From an uncultured Oligoflexus sp. (GTDB taxonomy: Bacteria > Bdellovibrionota_B > Oligoflexia > Oligoflexales > Oligoflexaceae), in NCBI GenBank assembly GCA_964236955.1, contig CAXSGP010000011.1, positions 1 through 64,000 on the forward strand: a stretch of DNA of 64,000 nt, in the 5' to 3' direction. Below the pieces are notes generated by a model. That model searched no databases. It saw only the letters and a program-made list of their open reading frames with translations, and was not told the DNA's origin. How positions within the stretch are numbered: position 1 is the stretch's first letter; each line of letters opens with the position of its first letter. Shown in pieces: positions 27,270-36,541 of this stretch. Position numbers and translations under genes: made by a program.

Positions 27270-28433
27270 ATGGTATTCCCCAAAATCTTTTTAGATTCTT
27301 ATGACTGTGTTACCCCTGCGGGACATGGGGTTGGGCCTCTATTGGAAAGTCTTTTTTCCTCACGCACTCACCTGAGCTGTGTCGATACTATTCCCCGGGG
27401 TTCTTTGCCGGATGCCGTCAATGCGTCCCTGGCAGCCCTGCAATCGGAAAGGGCCTTAAGATATCAGGATAAAACTTCAAGGATCGGGATCTTTCTGGGT
27501 CGATCACTCGCCGCTCCTTTCGCCGAAGTAAGGCGAGAGTCGATGGGCATCATTTTAGGATCATCACGCGGTCCCACCGAGACCCTTGAAAGCGCGTGGC
27601 AGACCTTTGCCAAGGGAGAGCGTCTTTCGTCCACAACCAGTCCAGCAACGACGGCCAGTGGTCTGACTGCTGCCGTCGCCCGTGATTTGAAAATGGGGGG
27701 GCCAAGTTTTTCACTTTCTGCAGCCTGTTCAACCGGTCTCTACGCTGTGCTGCAGGGCATAAGCACCTTGATCTCAGGCATGGCTACGGACATGCTGGTT
27801 GGAGGAATCGAAGCGGCCAATACTGCTTTTACCTTTGAAATGCTGCGTTCGGCCAAGGTCCTAAATACCTTTGTGGGAGAAGACTATCCCTGCCGGCCCG
27901 GGCACCCCAGTCGGAGCGGAATGGTTTTGAGTGAGGGTGGGGCATTGCTGAGTCTCAGTCTGCATCGTGGCCATAATTCTTGCGCTGAAATTATAGGTTG
28001 GGGGTCGGCGACAGAGGGCGGCACTCTCACCGGAGTATCGGAGGATGGCAAAGCTTTGACACAAGCGCTACGACGCGCACTACAAATCGCTGGCGTCAAA
28101 CCTTCGAAAGTCAGTTTTATCGTGGGCCATGGCGCTGGAACCCAAAAAGGCGATAATTCAGAACTTGCGGCCTATCGTTCGGTTTTTGGCCCTCTACCGC
28201 CGTTGGTTTGGCACAAGTGGTGCAGTGGGCATATGCTCGGTGCCTCAGCTGCGCTGAGCGTCATGCTTGCCTGCGAGCATTTCAGGCGTCAGCTGCTGCC
28301 GCCGCACCCTTATTTTCCGAAAACTGAGCCCATGCATGCGCCGCAAGCACTGGCAGCGCCTCAAATCGCCTTGATTACGTCGATGGGTTTTGGCGGTAGC
28401 GCCTGCGCCCTACTCGTCAAAACTTTGCTATAG
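27270..28433 (+). CDS. Beta-ketoacyl synthase (FabF/FabB-like)
   Basis: Cys-His-His triad: SAACSTG, GHGAGT, GHMLGAS; C-terminal SMGFGG. Confidence 0.88.
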   Translation: MVFPKIFLDSYDCVTPAGHGVGPLLESLFSSRTHLSCVDTIPRGSLPDAVNASLAALQSERALRYQDKTSRIGIFLGRSLAAPFAEVRRESMGIILGSSRGPTETLESAWQTFAKGERLSSTTSPATTASGLTAAVARDLKMGGPSFSLSAACSTGLYAVLQGISTLISGMATDMLVGGIEAANTAFTFEMLRSAKVLNTFVGEDYPCRPGHPSRSGMVLSEGGALLSLSLHRGHNSCAEIIGWGSATEGGTLTGVSEDGKALTQALRRALQIAGVKPSKVSFIVGHGAGTQKGDNSELAAYRSVFGPLPPLVWHKWCSGHMLGASAALSVMLACEHFRRQLLPPHPYFPKTEPMHAPQALAAPQIALITSMGFGGSACALLVKTLL

Positions 28434-28582
28434 TCGTCAGACCATGCGCGTTTAGCTTTTGACGGGAGGAAAATATGTTGAGTCAATTTTTTGACAAAAC
28501 GACTGCTTCCCGTTTGGTTTGAATCAAAAAATCATCCCCCTATCGCAGTCTTCTCCCCCCATAATTTTTTCCCTGTTCGCCC

Positions 28583-28598
28583 TGGCCTATTCTTTGCA
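28583..28598 (+). promoter_or_regulatory. Sigma-54 (-24/-12) promoter of the flgF operon
   Basis: TGGCCTATTCTTTGCA: GG-N10-GC exactly, about 37 nt upstream of the flgF ATG. Confidence 0.7.
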
Positions 28599-28634
28599 AA
28601 GTGTCCTGGAAATACGCAGCAGAGGACAAGACAG

Positions 28635-29423
28635 ATGCTAAACAATATCTATGTACCGGTAGCAGGAGCGCTTGCACAAGAGCGGGCCCTTGAATCTATC
28701 GCGAACAATTTAGCAAACGTCAACACTGTAGGATATAAGGGCGACGCGGTAGCTTTTAGTTTGCTTCATCCTGAGCCCAATAAGAATTATCCCACAGGCA
28801 TTCCTCCCGCTAACTTCAAAGAGGATATGTCCGCAGTCTATCCCTTGCGTGGCAACGAAATGAATTCGGTCGGTGTCGCCTCGATAGAGCGGGATTTTTC
28901 CCAGGGGCCGGCGATCAATACTGAGAATGATCACGATATCATGCTGCAAGGCGATGGGTTCCTCAGCGTGCAAACGCCCGAAGGCGTGCGGTATACGCGG
29001 GCTGGCGACCTTTCTCTAACGAATGATGGCGTCTTATCGAGCAAGATGGGCGATCCTATTCTTGGGGAAAAAGGCCTCATCTATGTTCGCAGCACCGATT
29101 TTAAAATCAATGCGCAAGGCGAGATTTTCATGGACGGCCAATTGGTCGATCGATTGAAAACGGTTAGCTTTGACAATAAGAAAGAGCTCGAAAAAGTTGG
29201 CAACAACTACTATTACTTCGGCGGCGACGAAGCCACGATCAAACCTGCACCGAGTCTAAGGATCGAGCAGGGTTTTCTGGAAGGATCCAATGTCAACGCC
29301 ATTAAGAGTATGACGGCGATGATAGTGGCCCACCGCTCCTACGAAGCCTACCAAAAAGCTGTGTCAAATTATGACAAGATGATGGAAAAGTCTTCGAATG
29401 TTATCGGTGAAGTCCGAGCTTAA
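28635..29423 (+). CDS. flgF: Flagellar basal-body rod protein FlgF
   Basis: IANNLANVNTVGYK, YTRAG, QGFLEGSNVN; directly before flgG; start ATG 28635. Confidence 0.9.
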   Translation: MLNNIYVPVAGALAQERALESIANNLANVNTVGYKGDAVAFSLLHPEPNKNYPTGIPPANFKEDMSAVYPLRGNEMNSVGVASIERDFSQGPAINTENDHDIMLQGDGFLSVQTPEGVRYTRAGDLSLTNDGVLSSKMGDPILGEKGLIYVRSTDFKINAQGEIFMDGQLVDRLKTVSFDNKKELEKVGNNYYYFGGDEATIKPAPSLRIEQGFLEGSNVNAIKSMTAMIVAHRSYEAYQKAVSNYDKMMEKSSNVIGEVRA

Positions 29424-29458
29424 TCCCTTTTACTAGACCCTGAATTGAAGATTGGAGA

Positions 29459-30250
29459 ATGAGTATGATGCGTTCACTCTTTACTGCGGCCACTGGCATG
29501 GAAGCCCAGCAGGTAACCATAGATACCATTTCTAACAACCTTGCCAACGTTAACACAACGGCATTTAAAGGTTCGCGTGCCAATTTTCACGATTTGCTTT
29601 ACCAGACTCTAAAAGCCCCAGGGCAAAATTCAACGGCCGGCACAGTCGCTCCCACCGGTATTCAAATCGGTGGTGGTTCAAAGGTTTCTTCTGTCGAAAA
29701 AATGTTCAGCGAAGGGGCCATTCGCATCACCAATAAGACGACCGATCTTATGATCGAGGGCCAGGGCTTCTTCCGTGTTCAAAAAGATGATGGCAGCATA
29801 GCCTATACCCGCGATGGCAGCTTTAAAGTTGATAATACCGGCCGTATCGTCACGAGCGAAGGTTTTCCCATCGTTCCCGAAATCGTGGTGCCCGAAAACG
29901 TGACTCACGATAAAATCAATGTCGGTATGGATGGAACGGTTAGCGTGCGCATGGGTCAGGAGACTCAGGAAATCGGCCAGATCGTGGTTGCGAACTTTGT
30001 AAACCCGACCGGCCTCGAGTCACTCGGCAGAAACCTCTATGCCGATACCGCTGCGAGCGGAGCCGCCTTGATTGGGCAGCCCAACACCACAGGCTTTGGG
30101 CGCATAGGTCAAGGGGAGCTGGAAGCTTCGAACGTCAATATCGTCGAGGAAATGGTCAATATGATTTCAGGTCAGCGCGCCTACGAAATTAACTCCAAAG
30201 TCATTCAAACCGGCGATCAGATGCTGCAGCAAACCAACAACATTCGCTAA
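29459..30250 (+). CDS. flgG: Flagellar basal-body rod protein FlgG
   Basis: SNNLANVNTTAFK, FHDLLYQ, LEASNVNIVEEMVNMISGQRAYEINSK. Confidence 0.97.
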   Translation: MSMMRSLFTAATGMEAQQVTIDTISNNLANVNTTAFKGSRANFHDLLYQTLKAPGQNSTAGTVAPTGIQIGGGSKVSSVEKMFSEGAIRITNKTTDLMIEGQGFFRVQKDDGSIAYTRDGSFKVDNTGRIVTSEGFPIVPEIVVPENVTHDKINVGMDGTVSVRMGQETQEIGQIVVANFVNPTGLESLGRNLYADTAASGAALIGQPNTTGFGRIGQGELEASNVNIVEEMVNMISGQRAYEINSKVIQTGDQMLQQTNNIR

Positions 30251-30269
30251 TAATACTTGAGAGACTTCT

Positions 30270-31382
30270 ATGAAATACCGCTTTCTGAGTCTCGCCTTTC
30301 CTCTCGTCCTACTTGCTGGCACCCTCTATGCAGAGCCCGTGGATTTGCTGCAACAGCTCTATGGGCGAGCTGGGGGTAAGTCCGCTTCGTCAAGTCCTGC
30401 GCAAAGAAGCGGAGGTGGCGACGCCTCCAAAGCCGCTTTGCCGAGGCCCGAGGCGTTGCCGGGATCGGCCAGCATTCTCACCCTTAATTTACGCAGCAGT
30501 ATTTCTATTGCGAGAGAGCGACTTTATCTTTCAGACCTCGTGACCTGCCAAGGTCCAAAGGACGTTTGCTCCGACATTGGCGGCATAGACTATGGAGCGG
30601 CGCCCAAAGCCAATCGTCAGGACCGAAGCACTCGATCTCAAATTGAAGCCTTGGTTCAAAAAGAAACCGCTCAGGCCCAAGTGAAGTGGGAAGGGGCTCA
30701 GGCCTGTCTCATCTCGGCCCTTTCCAGTCCGATTGATGAGGAGGCGGTCCTTCATCTGCTGGAGCGTGAGTTTCAATCGGCCCCGAGCGGGATGCGGGTC
30801 ATCGTCCAATCGGTACGCTTGCCCACGACCCAAGTATTAAGGCATAATAATTATCTCTACAAAATACCAAGTTTTGCCGATCAAATAACACGCATCTATG
30901 CCAACCCTCGCAGTCGTTTCGGACAGATAAAACTCGTCGCGGTTGATCAGGATCCCTCGTCACAGGCCAGCATAGAATTTTTAGTGCAGTTAAATTTTCG
31001 CATTGAGATTCAAGCCCTGGTCATGACCCAGGCGCGGGAGCGCGGCGAAAGAGTCACGCCTGAGCTGGTCGAACTGCAATGGATTCCTTATCAGGACCAG
31101 GTGCTGACGGATGACAAGCTCATCGTTGGCAAGCTGCTTCGTGTGCGCCTTCAGGCTAAGCAGGCAATCCGAACCTGGGATCTGATCCGCGAGCCGGAAG
31201 TGCTGCGCGGCGATCGTATCGAAGCCGTGATCAATAGCGGTGGGATTCGAATGAATAGTGTGGCTCAGGCGTTAGAACCTGGATTCATTGGGCAGAAAAT
31301 ACGGATTCGGTTGGAAGCGACCAAAAAAAATGTTTTGGGTGTGGTCATCGCCCGATCCCAGGTTGAGGTACCCTCTCTATGA
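30270..31382 (+). CDS. flgA: P-ring formation chaperone FlgA (extended N-terminus)
   Basis: Signal peptide; C-terminal SAF-like VLRGDRIEAV…AQALEPGFIGQKIRIR; position after flgG. Confidence 0.8.
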   Translation: MKYRFLSLAFPLVLLAGTLYAEPVDLLQQLYGRAGGKSASSSPAQRSGGGDASKAALPRPEALPGSASILTLNLRSSISIARERLYLSDLVTCQGPKDVCSDIGGIDYGAAPKANRQDRSTRSQIEALVQKETAQAQVKWEGAQACLISALSSPIDEEAVLHLLEREFQSAPSGMRVIVQSVRLPTTQVLRHNNYLYKIPSFADQITRIYANPRSRFGQIKLVAVDQDPSSQASIEFLVQLNFRIEIQALVMTQARERGERVTPELVELQWIPYQDQVLTDDKLIVGKLLRVRLQAKQAIRTWDLIREPEVLRGDRIEAVINSGGIRMNSVAQALEPGFIGQKIRIRLEATKKNVLGVVIARSQVEVPSL

Positions 31383-32473
31383 AGAAAACGTGTATGATGG
31401 CACTTGCTCTATTCGTAAATGCCTGCCAGACAGGTTTTGTGCCCATATCCCAAAGGAACATGTATGAAAAGGAAGGCAAGTCCGCCAATCTCGGTCATAG
31501 AAGGCCTATTGAGGATAGAACCGGGACAAGTCCAGACATTTATATCAAAAGACAAAATATTGAGATTGTTCCTCAAGAAACAAAAAACTATACGGGCTCC
31601 CTGCTTGCATTAAAAAATCCGGATACCTACCTATTCATCGATGCCCCGCGCGGGGAATTAGGTGATTTTCTGGATATTGCGGTGCAGGTGAACCGAAAGG
31701 ACAAAGCTCCGACTCCTGCTCCAGGCGCCCCGGCTGATCCCGCTAATGCGGCCAAAGGCAAATCCGTTCAAGACGATTTGATTGCCGCTCTCCCTAAATT
31801 GGAGCCAGGGCTAGCGGATCCCAAAACACCATCTTCCATCAAAATGAAGGTCGTTCGTAAACTCGAAAATGGCGATCTGATTGTTGAGGCATCCCGCGCC
31901 TCGCAGAATGAGTGGGAAGCCAATAGTCAGCGGGCTACGGCGCGTATTCCCTATTCAAAAGTTCCGGGACGTGGCGAGATATCGACTGCGGATTTAGCGG
32001 ATGTCCATTGGTGGGAATCGGTCAATGGCGCTCTAACCGAGCGCGAATCGAATACCTGGGAAGACGAGTATAGTCTCAGATGGGCGGGCTTCGATGAGGC
32101 CCGATCAAAAATTGCCCTCGATCTAGAAACCAAACGCAAAGACTTGGAAAAAGTTAGAGATCGGTTGAAAGATAAGATCGTCAACGTAGGTAAGGAGCGC
32201 AATAAACTTGCGGTGGAAAAAGATAGAGTCGATAGCCTCAGGCGTGAAGCGGAGGAAAAACTAAATGAACTTGCGCAGAAAAATGCTCAGCTTGATGCCC
32301 AAATCGAACAGCAAAAAGACGTCATCAGAAAGCAGGAGCTTCTCATCGGCGAGGTTCGGACGGCAAGCGAAGCCGATTCGGCAACTGCGGAAAAAACGCC
32401 GGTGGCGCAGCCCAAGCCAAGCCCAGTGCCACAGCCGAACCCAAAAGATCCCAAAAATCCACCAAAGCCCTAA
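31379..32473 (+). CDS. flgH: Divergent flagellar L-ring lipoprotein FlgH with C-terminal coiled coil
   Basis: Lipobox VNAC, LGDFLDIAVQ, VVRKLENGDLIVEA, ISTADLAD; lies between flgA and flgI. Confidence 0.7.
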   Translation: MKKTCMMALALFVNACQTGFVPISQRNMYEKEGKSANLGHRRPIEDRTGTSPDIYIKRQNIEIVPQETKNYTGSLLALKNPDTYLFIDAPRGELGDFLDIAVQVNRKDKAPTPAPGAPADPANAAKGKSVQDDLIAALPKLEPGLADPKTPSSIKMKVVRKLENGDLIVEASRASQNEWEANSQRATARIPYSKVPGRGEISTADLADVHWWESVNGALTERESNTWEDEYSLRWAGFDEARSKIALDLETKRKDLEKVRDRLKDKIVNVGKERNKLAVEKDRVDSLRREAEEKLNELAQKNAQLDAQIEQQKDVIRKQELLIGEVRTASEADSATAEKTPVAQPKPSPVPQPNPKDPKNPPKP

Positions 32474-32482
32474 GGCGGGACA

Positions 32483-33502
32483 TTGATGTTGCGATTGTTG
32501 ACACTGGCATTGTTACTAGGCTGGGCTTTGCTTGAAGGTCCAAGAAGCTTTAGTCAGTCCGTACGAATCAAAGAGTTGGCGCGCTTGCGGGGCGATCGTA
32601 CGAATAGTCTTATCGGCTTTGGCCTGGTCGTGGGTCTCAATAAAACCGGTGACTCACCGACCTCGTTCGCGAAAAATAAGGCGATTGGCAACCTGCTTAC
32701 CCACCTCGGCATGACGCCCGACAGCAGCCCTATCACCAGCCTGTCTGCAGCAGCCGTCATCATTACTGCGGAACTTCCCGCGTTTGCGCGTATCGGCGAT
32801 CGTATCGACGTCAAGGTCTCGGTGTTTGGTGATGCCAAAAGTCTTGGTGGCGGAACTCTGCTTATGACACCGCTTAAAGCAGGTGACGGTCAAATCTATG
32901 GCATGGCGGAGGGAACTATCATCATCGGCCAGGCCAACGGCACCGGTCCTAAGGTCCAGACTGTGGCCGTCATTGCCGATGGAGGTCAGATTGAAAAAGA
33001 TTTTATACCGAGCTTGGTTCAAAATCAGGCGATCGACCTCAATCTCATGAAGTCTGATTTTTCGACCTCAAATAGAATTGCCTTGGCCATTAACAATCAT
33101 TTTCATAACGAGATCGCCACAGCCTTGGATCCCGCTCGTGTGAAGGTTAAAATTCCCGAGCAAAATTGGGCAAACGTCACGGGATTCATTGCGGAAATGG
33201 AGAGCCTCGAAGTGCTGGTCGATCAGAAGGCAGTTGTTATCATCAACGAAAGGACAGGTACCATCGTCATGGGTGGCGACGTGAAGGTTTCCGATATCGT
33301 CATCTCTCATAATGGCTTGAGTATTCAGGTCGGAAATGGAAAGCAAGCCAAACAGGAAGCTGTCATGCCCTTGCAGGGAACCACGATCAACGACTTGGTA
33401 AAGAGTCTCAATCAGATGGGTGTCAAGCCCGAGGATTTGATAAGCATTTTACAGTCCATCCATTCCTCCGGCGCACTTCGGGCCGAGATCAAGCTCATGT
33501 GA
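32483..33502 (+). CDS. flgI: Flagellar P-ring protein FlgI
   Basis: RIKELA, LIGFGLVVGLNKTGD, GGTLLMTPL, VIINERTGTIVMG, GALRAEI. Confidence 0.97.
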   Translation: MMLRLLTLALLLGWALLEGPRSFSQSVRIKELARLRGDRTNSLIGFGLVVGLNKTGDSPTSFAKNKAIGNLLTHLGMTPDSSPITSLSAAAVIITAELPAFARIGDRIDVKVSVFGDAKSLGGGTLLMTPLKAGDGQIYGMAEGTIIIGQANGTGPKVQTVAVIADGGQIEKDFIPSLVQNQAIDLNLMKSDFSTSNRIALAINNHFHNEIATALDPARVKVKIPEQNWANVTGFIAEMESLEVLVDQKAVVIINERTGTIVMGGDVKVSDIVISHNGLSIQVGNGKQAKQEAVMPLQGTTINDLVKSLNQMGVKPEDLISILQSIHSSGALRAEIKLM

Positions 33503-33509
33503 GGTCGTT

Positions 33510-33902
33510 ATGGGCGATATAGGTGCTCTTTCGAATGTCTCGGTAAATAATATGAATGCTGAGCGATTAGCGCAGGTTAACCAGAAGGCTCCCAAGGACG
33601 TCGAGGAGGTTAAAAAATTATCGAAAGAGTTCGAATCAATATTTATGGAGATTGTGCTAAAATCAATGCGGGACTCGGTTGACAAGTCCAATTTTATCGA
33701 TGGTGGCAACGGCGAGCAAATATTTCAGTCCATGCTCGACACGGAATATGCTAAAAATCTAGCCTCCCAGGATTTGACGGGCCTATCCACATCAATCGAA
33801 AGCCATCTGACCCGACTTATGGAAGGTGGTGGTAAGATCGATGAAGTGGAGAAAGCCGCGGGACGGGCTCAATACCAGCGGCAGATAAAAGAAGAGCGTT
33901 GA
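33510..33902 (+). CDS. flgJ: FlgJ, rod-binding domain only
   Basis: KEFESIFMEIVLKSMRDSV…FQSMLDTEYAKNLA; no muramidase domain. Confidence 0.9.
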   Translation: MGDIGALSNVSVNNMNAERLAQVNQKAPKDVEEVKKLSKEFESIFMEIVLKSMRDSVDKSNFIDGGNGEQIFQSMLDTEYAKNLASQDLTGLSTSIESHLTRLMEGGGKIDEVEKAAGRAQYQRQIKEER

Positions 33903-33942
33903 ACTGTTTCTCAAGTACCTTAGGGTCGAGGAGGGGTGACTT

Positions 33943-34293
33943 ATGGATAGCGGCAAGATCGGACCAAATGTTTCTACGGCATTGACTAACAATACGGGTG
34001 TGCAAAAGGCCAAGGGCCCTCACGCCGACGGGGATGCTAAGAAGGTGAAAACCAAGGCTGCCGAGGGGGACTACAATGTCAACCTTTCAGGCAAAGCCAA
34101 GGATATGCAGGAAGCCCGTCTCAAGGCGCTTGACATCGCCCGCGGCACTCCCGATGTACGCGAAGACAAAGTCGCTGACCTCAAAAGAAAAATCGAGTCA
34201 GGCGACTATAAAGTAAGTTCCGAGAATATTGCGGACGGCATACTCCGTGAAGCGGTGAAGGATGAGCTTTCCAAAGGTGAGCCGGAGCTCTAG
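33943..34293 (+). CDS. flgM: Anti-sigma-28 factor FlgM
   Basis: VNLS, DVREDKVADLKRKIESGDYKVSSENIADGIL. Confidence 0.93.
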   Translation: MDSGKIGPNVSTALTNNTGVQKAKGPHADGDAKKVKTKAAEGDYNVNLSGKAKDMQEARLKALDIARGTPDVREDKVADLKRKIESGDYKVSSENIADGILREAVKDELSKGEPEL

Positions 34294-34546
34294 CTCTCGG
34301 CCGCTAAAGGTGCCGAACAGGATTTAACCTGCTGTGGCAACCAAAGCCAGTGTGAGCCCAATGTGTTTACCCAATCAGCCCGCGTTGCGGATTCAGTGGG
34401 CAAGGTTTCCGCCTCCTTGCTCGAAGGTGAAGGGACCCCCGTTCAGGCCACCCCGGACTTCGGGCTTTCCGATGCTTTGACTTTGATCCTCAACAGGACG
34501 CCCAATTGTATGTCCGGACACATTCAAATATCCGTGAGGCTTATGT

Positions 34547-35113
34547 ATGATGGGAAATCAGGGCATAGGAAATCGTCTCAACAAAGTCACTGAACAGTGC
34601 ATGGCCCTCCATCACATCTTAATAGATTTTGAGACCGTGATCACTAAAGAAAACGCCGCCATCGGCCGTTCCGATTTAGTCGAATTGGAAAACATAACGG
34701 ATGAAAAAATAGTATTTGGCGAAAAAGTCAAAAAACAGATTCAAGCCTTAAAGCAGGCGATGGATCATCTTGCCGTTGAAGTCGGCGAAGTTGAGATCGA
34801 CTCGGACGGAGATCGGCAACTTACGCGATTTGTAGCCATCATTCGCGGGCAGATTCTTAAGGCAAGCCCCAATCTGGCGGCGGATTTAGCCCGCATGGAG
34901 GAATGGGCCTTCAAATTGAAGGACTTGAGAATTCATATCTTTGCCAAGGTGGAAACCAACGCCTATTTGGTAAAACGCCTCCTTGAGTATCATCGTGAAA
35001 CCTATTCCTTCTGGCAAGCTGTCGCACGGGAATCCGAAGCGGTTTATGGGCAGTCAGGCAAAACCAAATATGGAAGTGGGCCACAAAAGTCCATTCTCAA
35101 CGTTAGGACTTAA
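34547..35113 (+). CDS. flgN: Flagellar export chaperone FlgN
   Basis: Helical protein with ENAAI…LENITDEK, TNAYLV, VYGQSGK; lies between flgM and flgK. Confidence 0.75.
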   Translation: MMGNQGIGNRLNKVTEQCMALHHILIDFETVITKENAAIGRSDLVELENITDEKIVFGEKVKKQIQALKQAMDHLAVEVGEVEIDSDGDRQLTRFVAIIRGQILKASPNLAADLARMEEWAFKLKDLRIHIFAKVETNAYLVKRLLEYHRETYSFWQAVARESEAVYGQSGKTKYGSGPQKSILNVRT

Positions 35114-35116
35114 TTT

Positions 35117-36532
35117 ATGTCCGGCCTTTTTCACTCGCTGAATATTGGATCCGAATCTCTCTTTGCCAGCAGACAAGGTGTGGATACGGCTGGACATAAC
35201 ATCGCCAACGCCCAGACAGAGGGGTTTTCGCGCCAGCGGGTAAACCTTGAAACCCGTGCTCCTTCCGAAACGCGGGGCGTTGTCATCGGCAACGGCGTAT
35301 TCGTCAAGAATATCACCCGGGCTCATGATCAGTTTCTAGAAAAGCAGATCAATGAAACCCACCAGGATTCAGGTCATTCCGAGGCCCGCCTCAATGCGCT
35401 AAAACCGCTGGAAGCGATCTATAGCCCCGAACTCGGCAACGGTATTACGAACGAGCTTGACAAGTTCTTTAACGCGCTTCAGGATCTGTCGAATTTTCCT
35501 GAGGAATTGCCCGTTCGTACCGCCGTTAAAGAAAACGCGCAAAACGTAGTCAACGCCTTCAAACATGTCGATGAAAGTCTGAATATTCACCGGGAAGACA
35601 TCAATGACCGCATCGCGGGCGAAGTGTCGGAAGCCAACGGCATGGTGGCCGATATTGCCAAGCTCAACATCGCGATCAAAGGCGCGGAAACGAGTTCGAG
35701 CAAGGAAGTCAGCGACCTTTTGGACCAACAGGATAAAATCCTGCGCGAGCTGACCCAAAAGCTTGATATTAGCTACTACCGGGGCGATCAGAACATGGTC
35801 GTGGTACGTGGCCCCGCGGAAACTTTGCTGGTCGATCGGGGGAGTGCGGCAAAGCTCGATATCCAGCGTCAGGGGGACGGCACAATGTACGATATTATGG
35901 TGCTGGATGGAGCGGCCTTTAAACCGACCGTCGTGACGCGTGAGAATAAGCGGGGCCGCCTGGCCGGGATGATTGAAGTCCGGGATAAAGTTATCCCAAA
36001 CCTCACCAATAGCAACAATAAGATGGCCGGCACCTTTGCTACGTCTATCAACGATATCCATCGCCAGGGCTTTGGGCTGAAAGACTATAAAGAATCGGTG
36101 GGTCGCGACTTCTTTGATATCAGCGATGACCCTGACCTCGCGGCGCAGTCGATCAAGATCGATCCTTTGATCGTCGAGTCCTCCAACGCGATCTCGGTTG
36201 CCGCCTCGCCCAATGCGCCGGGTGACAATATTCTCGTCAACAATATGCTTCGCTTGAAGGAGCAGAAGGTTATGGGGGATGCCAATCTCAACGATTATTA
36301 TGCAAACTATGTCGGGGTCTTTGGGCTTGACCTGGTCCGCTCTCAGCAGACCAAAGACGCCGATGAGACCTTGATCCGCAACCTGAATTCCCGACGCGAT
36401 TCAATCGCCGGGGTGTCCATGGACGAGGAAGCAACCAACCTTTTGAAGTGGCAGGCGAACTTCACGGCCTCCTCGAAGGTCATCACAACCGTCGATGAGA
36501 TGATTGAGACCGTTCTGCAAATGAAGCGATAA
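35117..36532 (+). CDS. flgK: Hook-associated protein FlgK
   Basis: GHNIANAQTEGFSRQRV, GVSMDEEATNLLKWQ. Confidence 0.96.
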   Translation: MSGLFHSLNIGSESLFASRQGVDTAGHNIANAQTEGFSRQRVNLETRAPSETRGVVIGNGVFVKNITRAHDQFLEKQINETHQDSGHSEARLNALKPLEAIYSPELGNGITNELDKFFNALQDLSNFPEELPVRTAVKENAQNVVNAFKHVDESLNIHREDINDRIAGEVSEANGMVADIAKLNIAIKGAETSSSKEVSDLLDQQDKILRELTQKLDISYYRGDQNMVVVRGPAETLLVDRGSAAKLDIQRQGDGTMYDIMVLDGAAFKPTVVTRENKRGRLAGMIEVRDKVIPNLTNSNNKMAGTFATSINDIHRQGFGLKDYKESVGRDFFDISDDPDLAAQSIKIDPLIVESSNAISVAASPNAPGDNILVNNMLRLKEQKVMGDANLNDYYANYVGVFGLDLVRSQQTKDADETLIRNLNSRRDSIAGVSMDEEATNLLKWQANFTASSKVITTVDEMIETVLQMKR

Positions 36533-36541
36533 GGGAGCTAA

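Noticed and set aside
34342..34479. Shared short words (GCATCG, CGAAGTCC, CCTTGCCC, GGCTCAC) between the reverse complement of this region and 9101-9247
   Set aside because: Spacing differs and no continuous alignment exists; treated as chance pending a pairwise alignment.
34363..34593. 76-aa ORF in the flgM-flgN gap
   Set aside because: GTG start without an RBS, out-of-frame overlap with flgN, no motifs.
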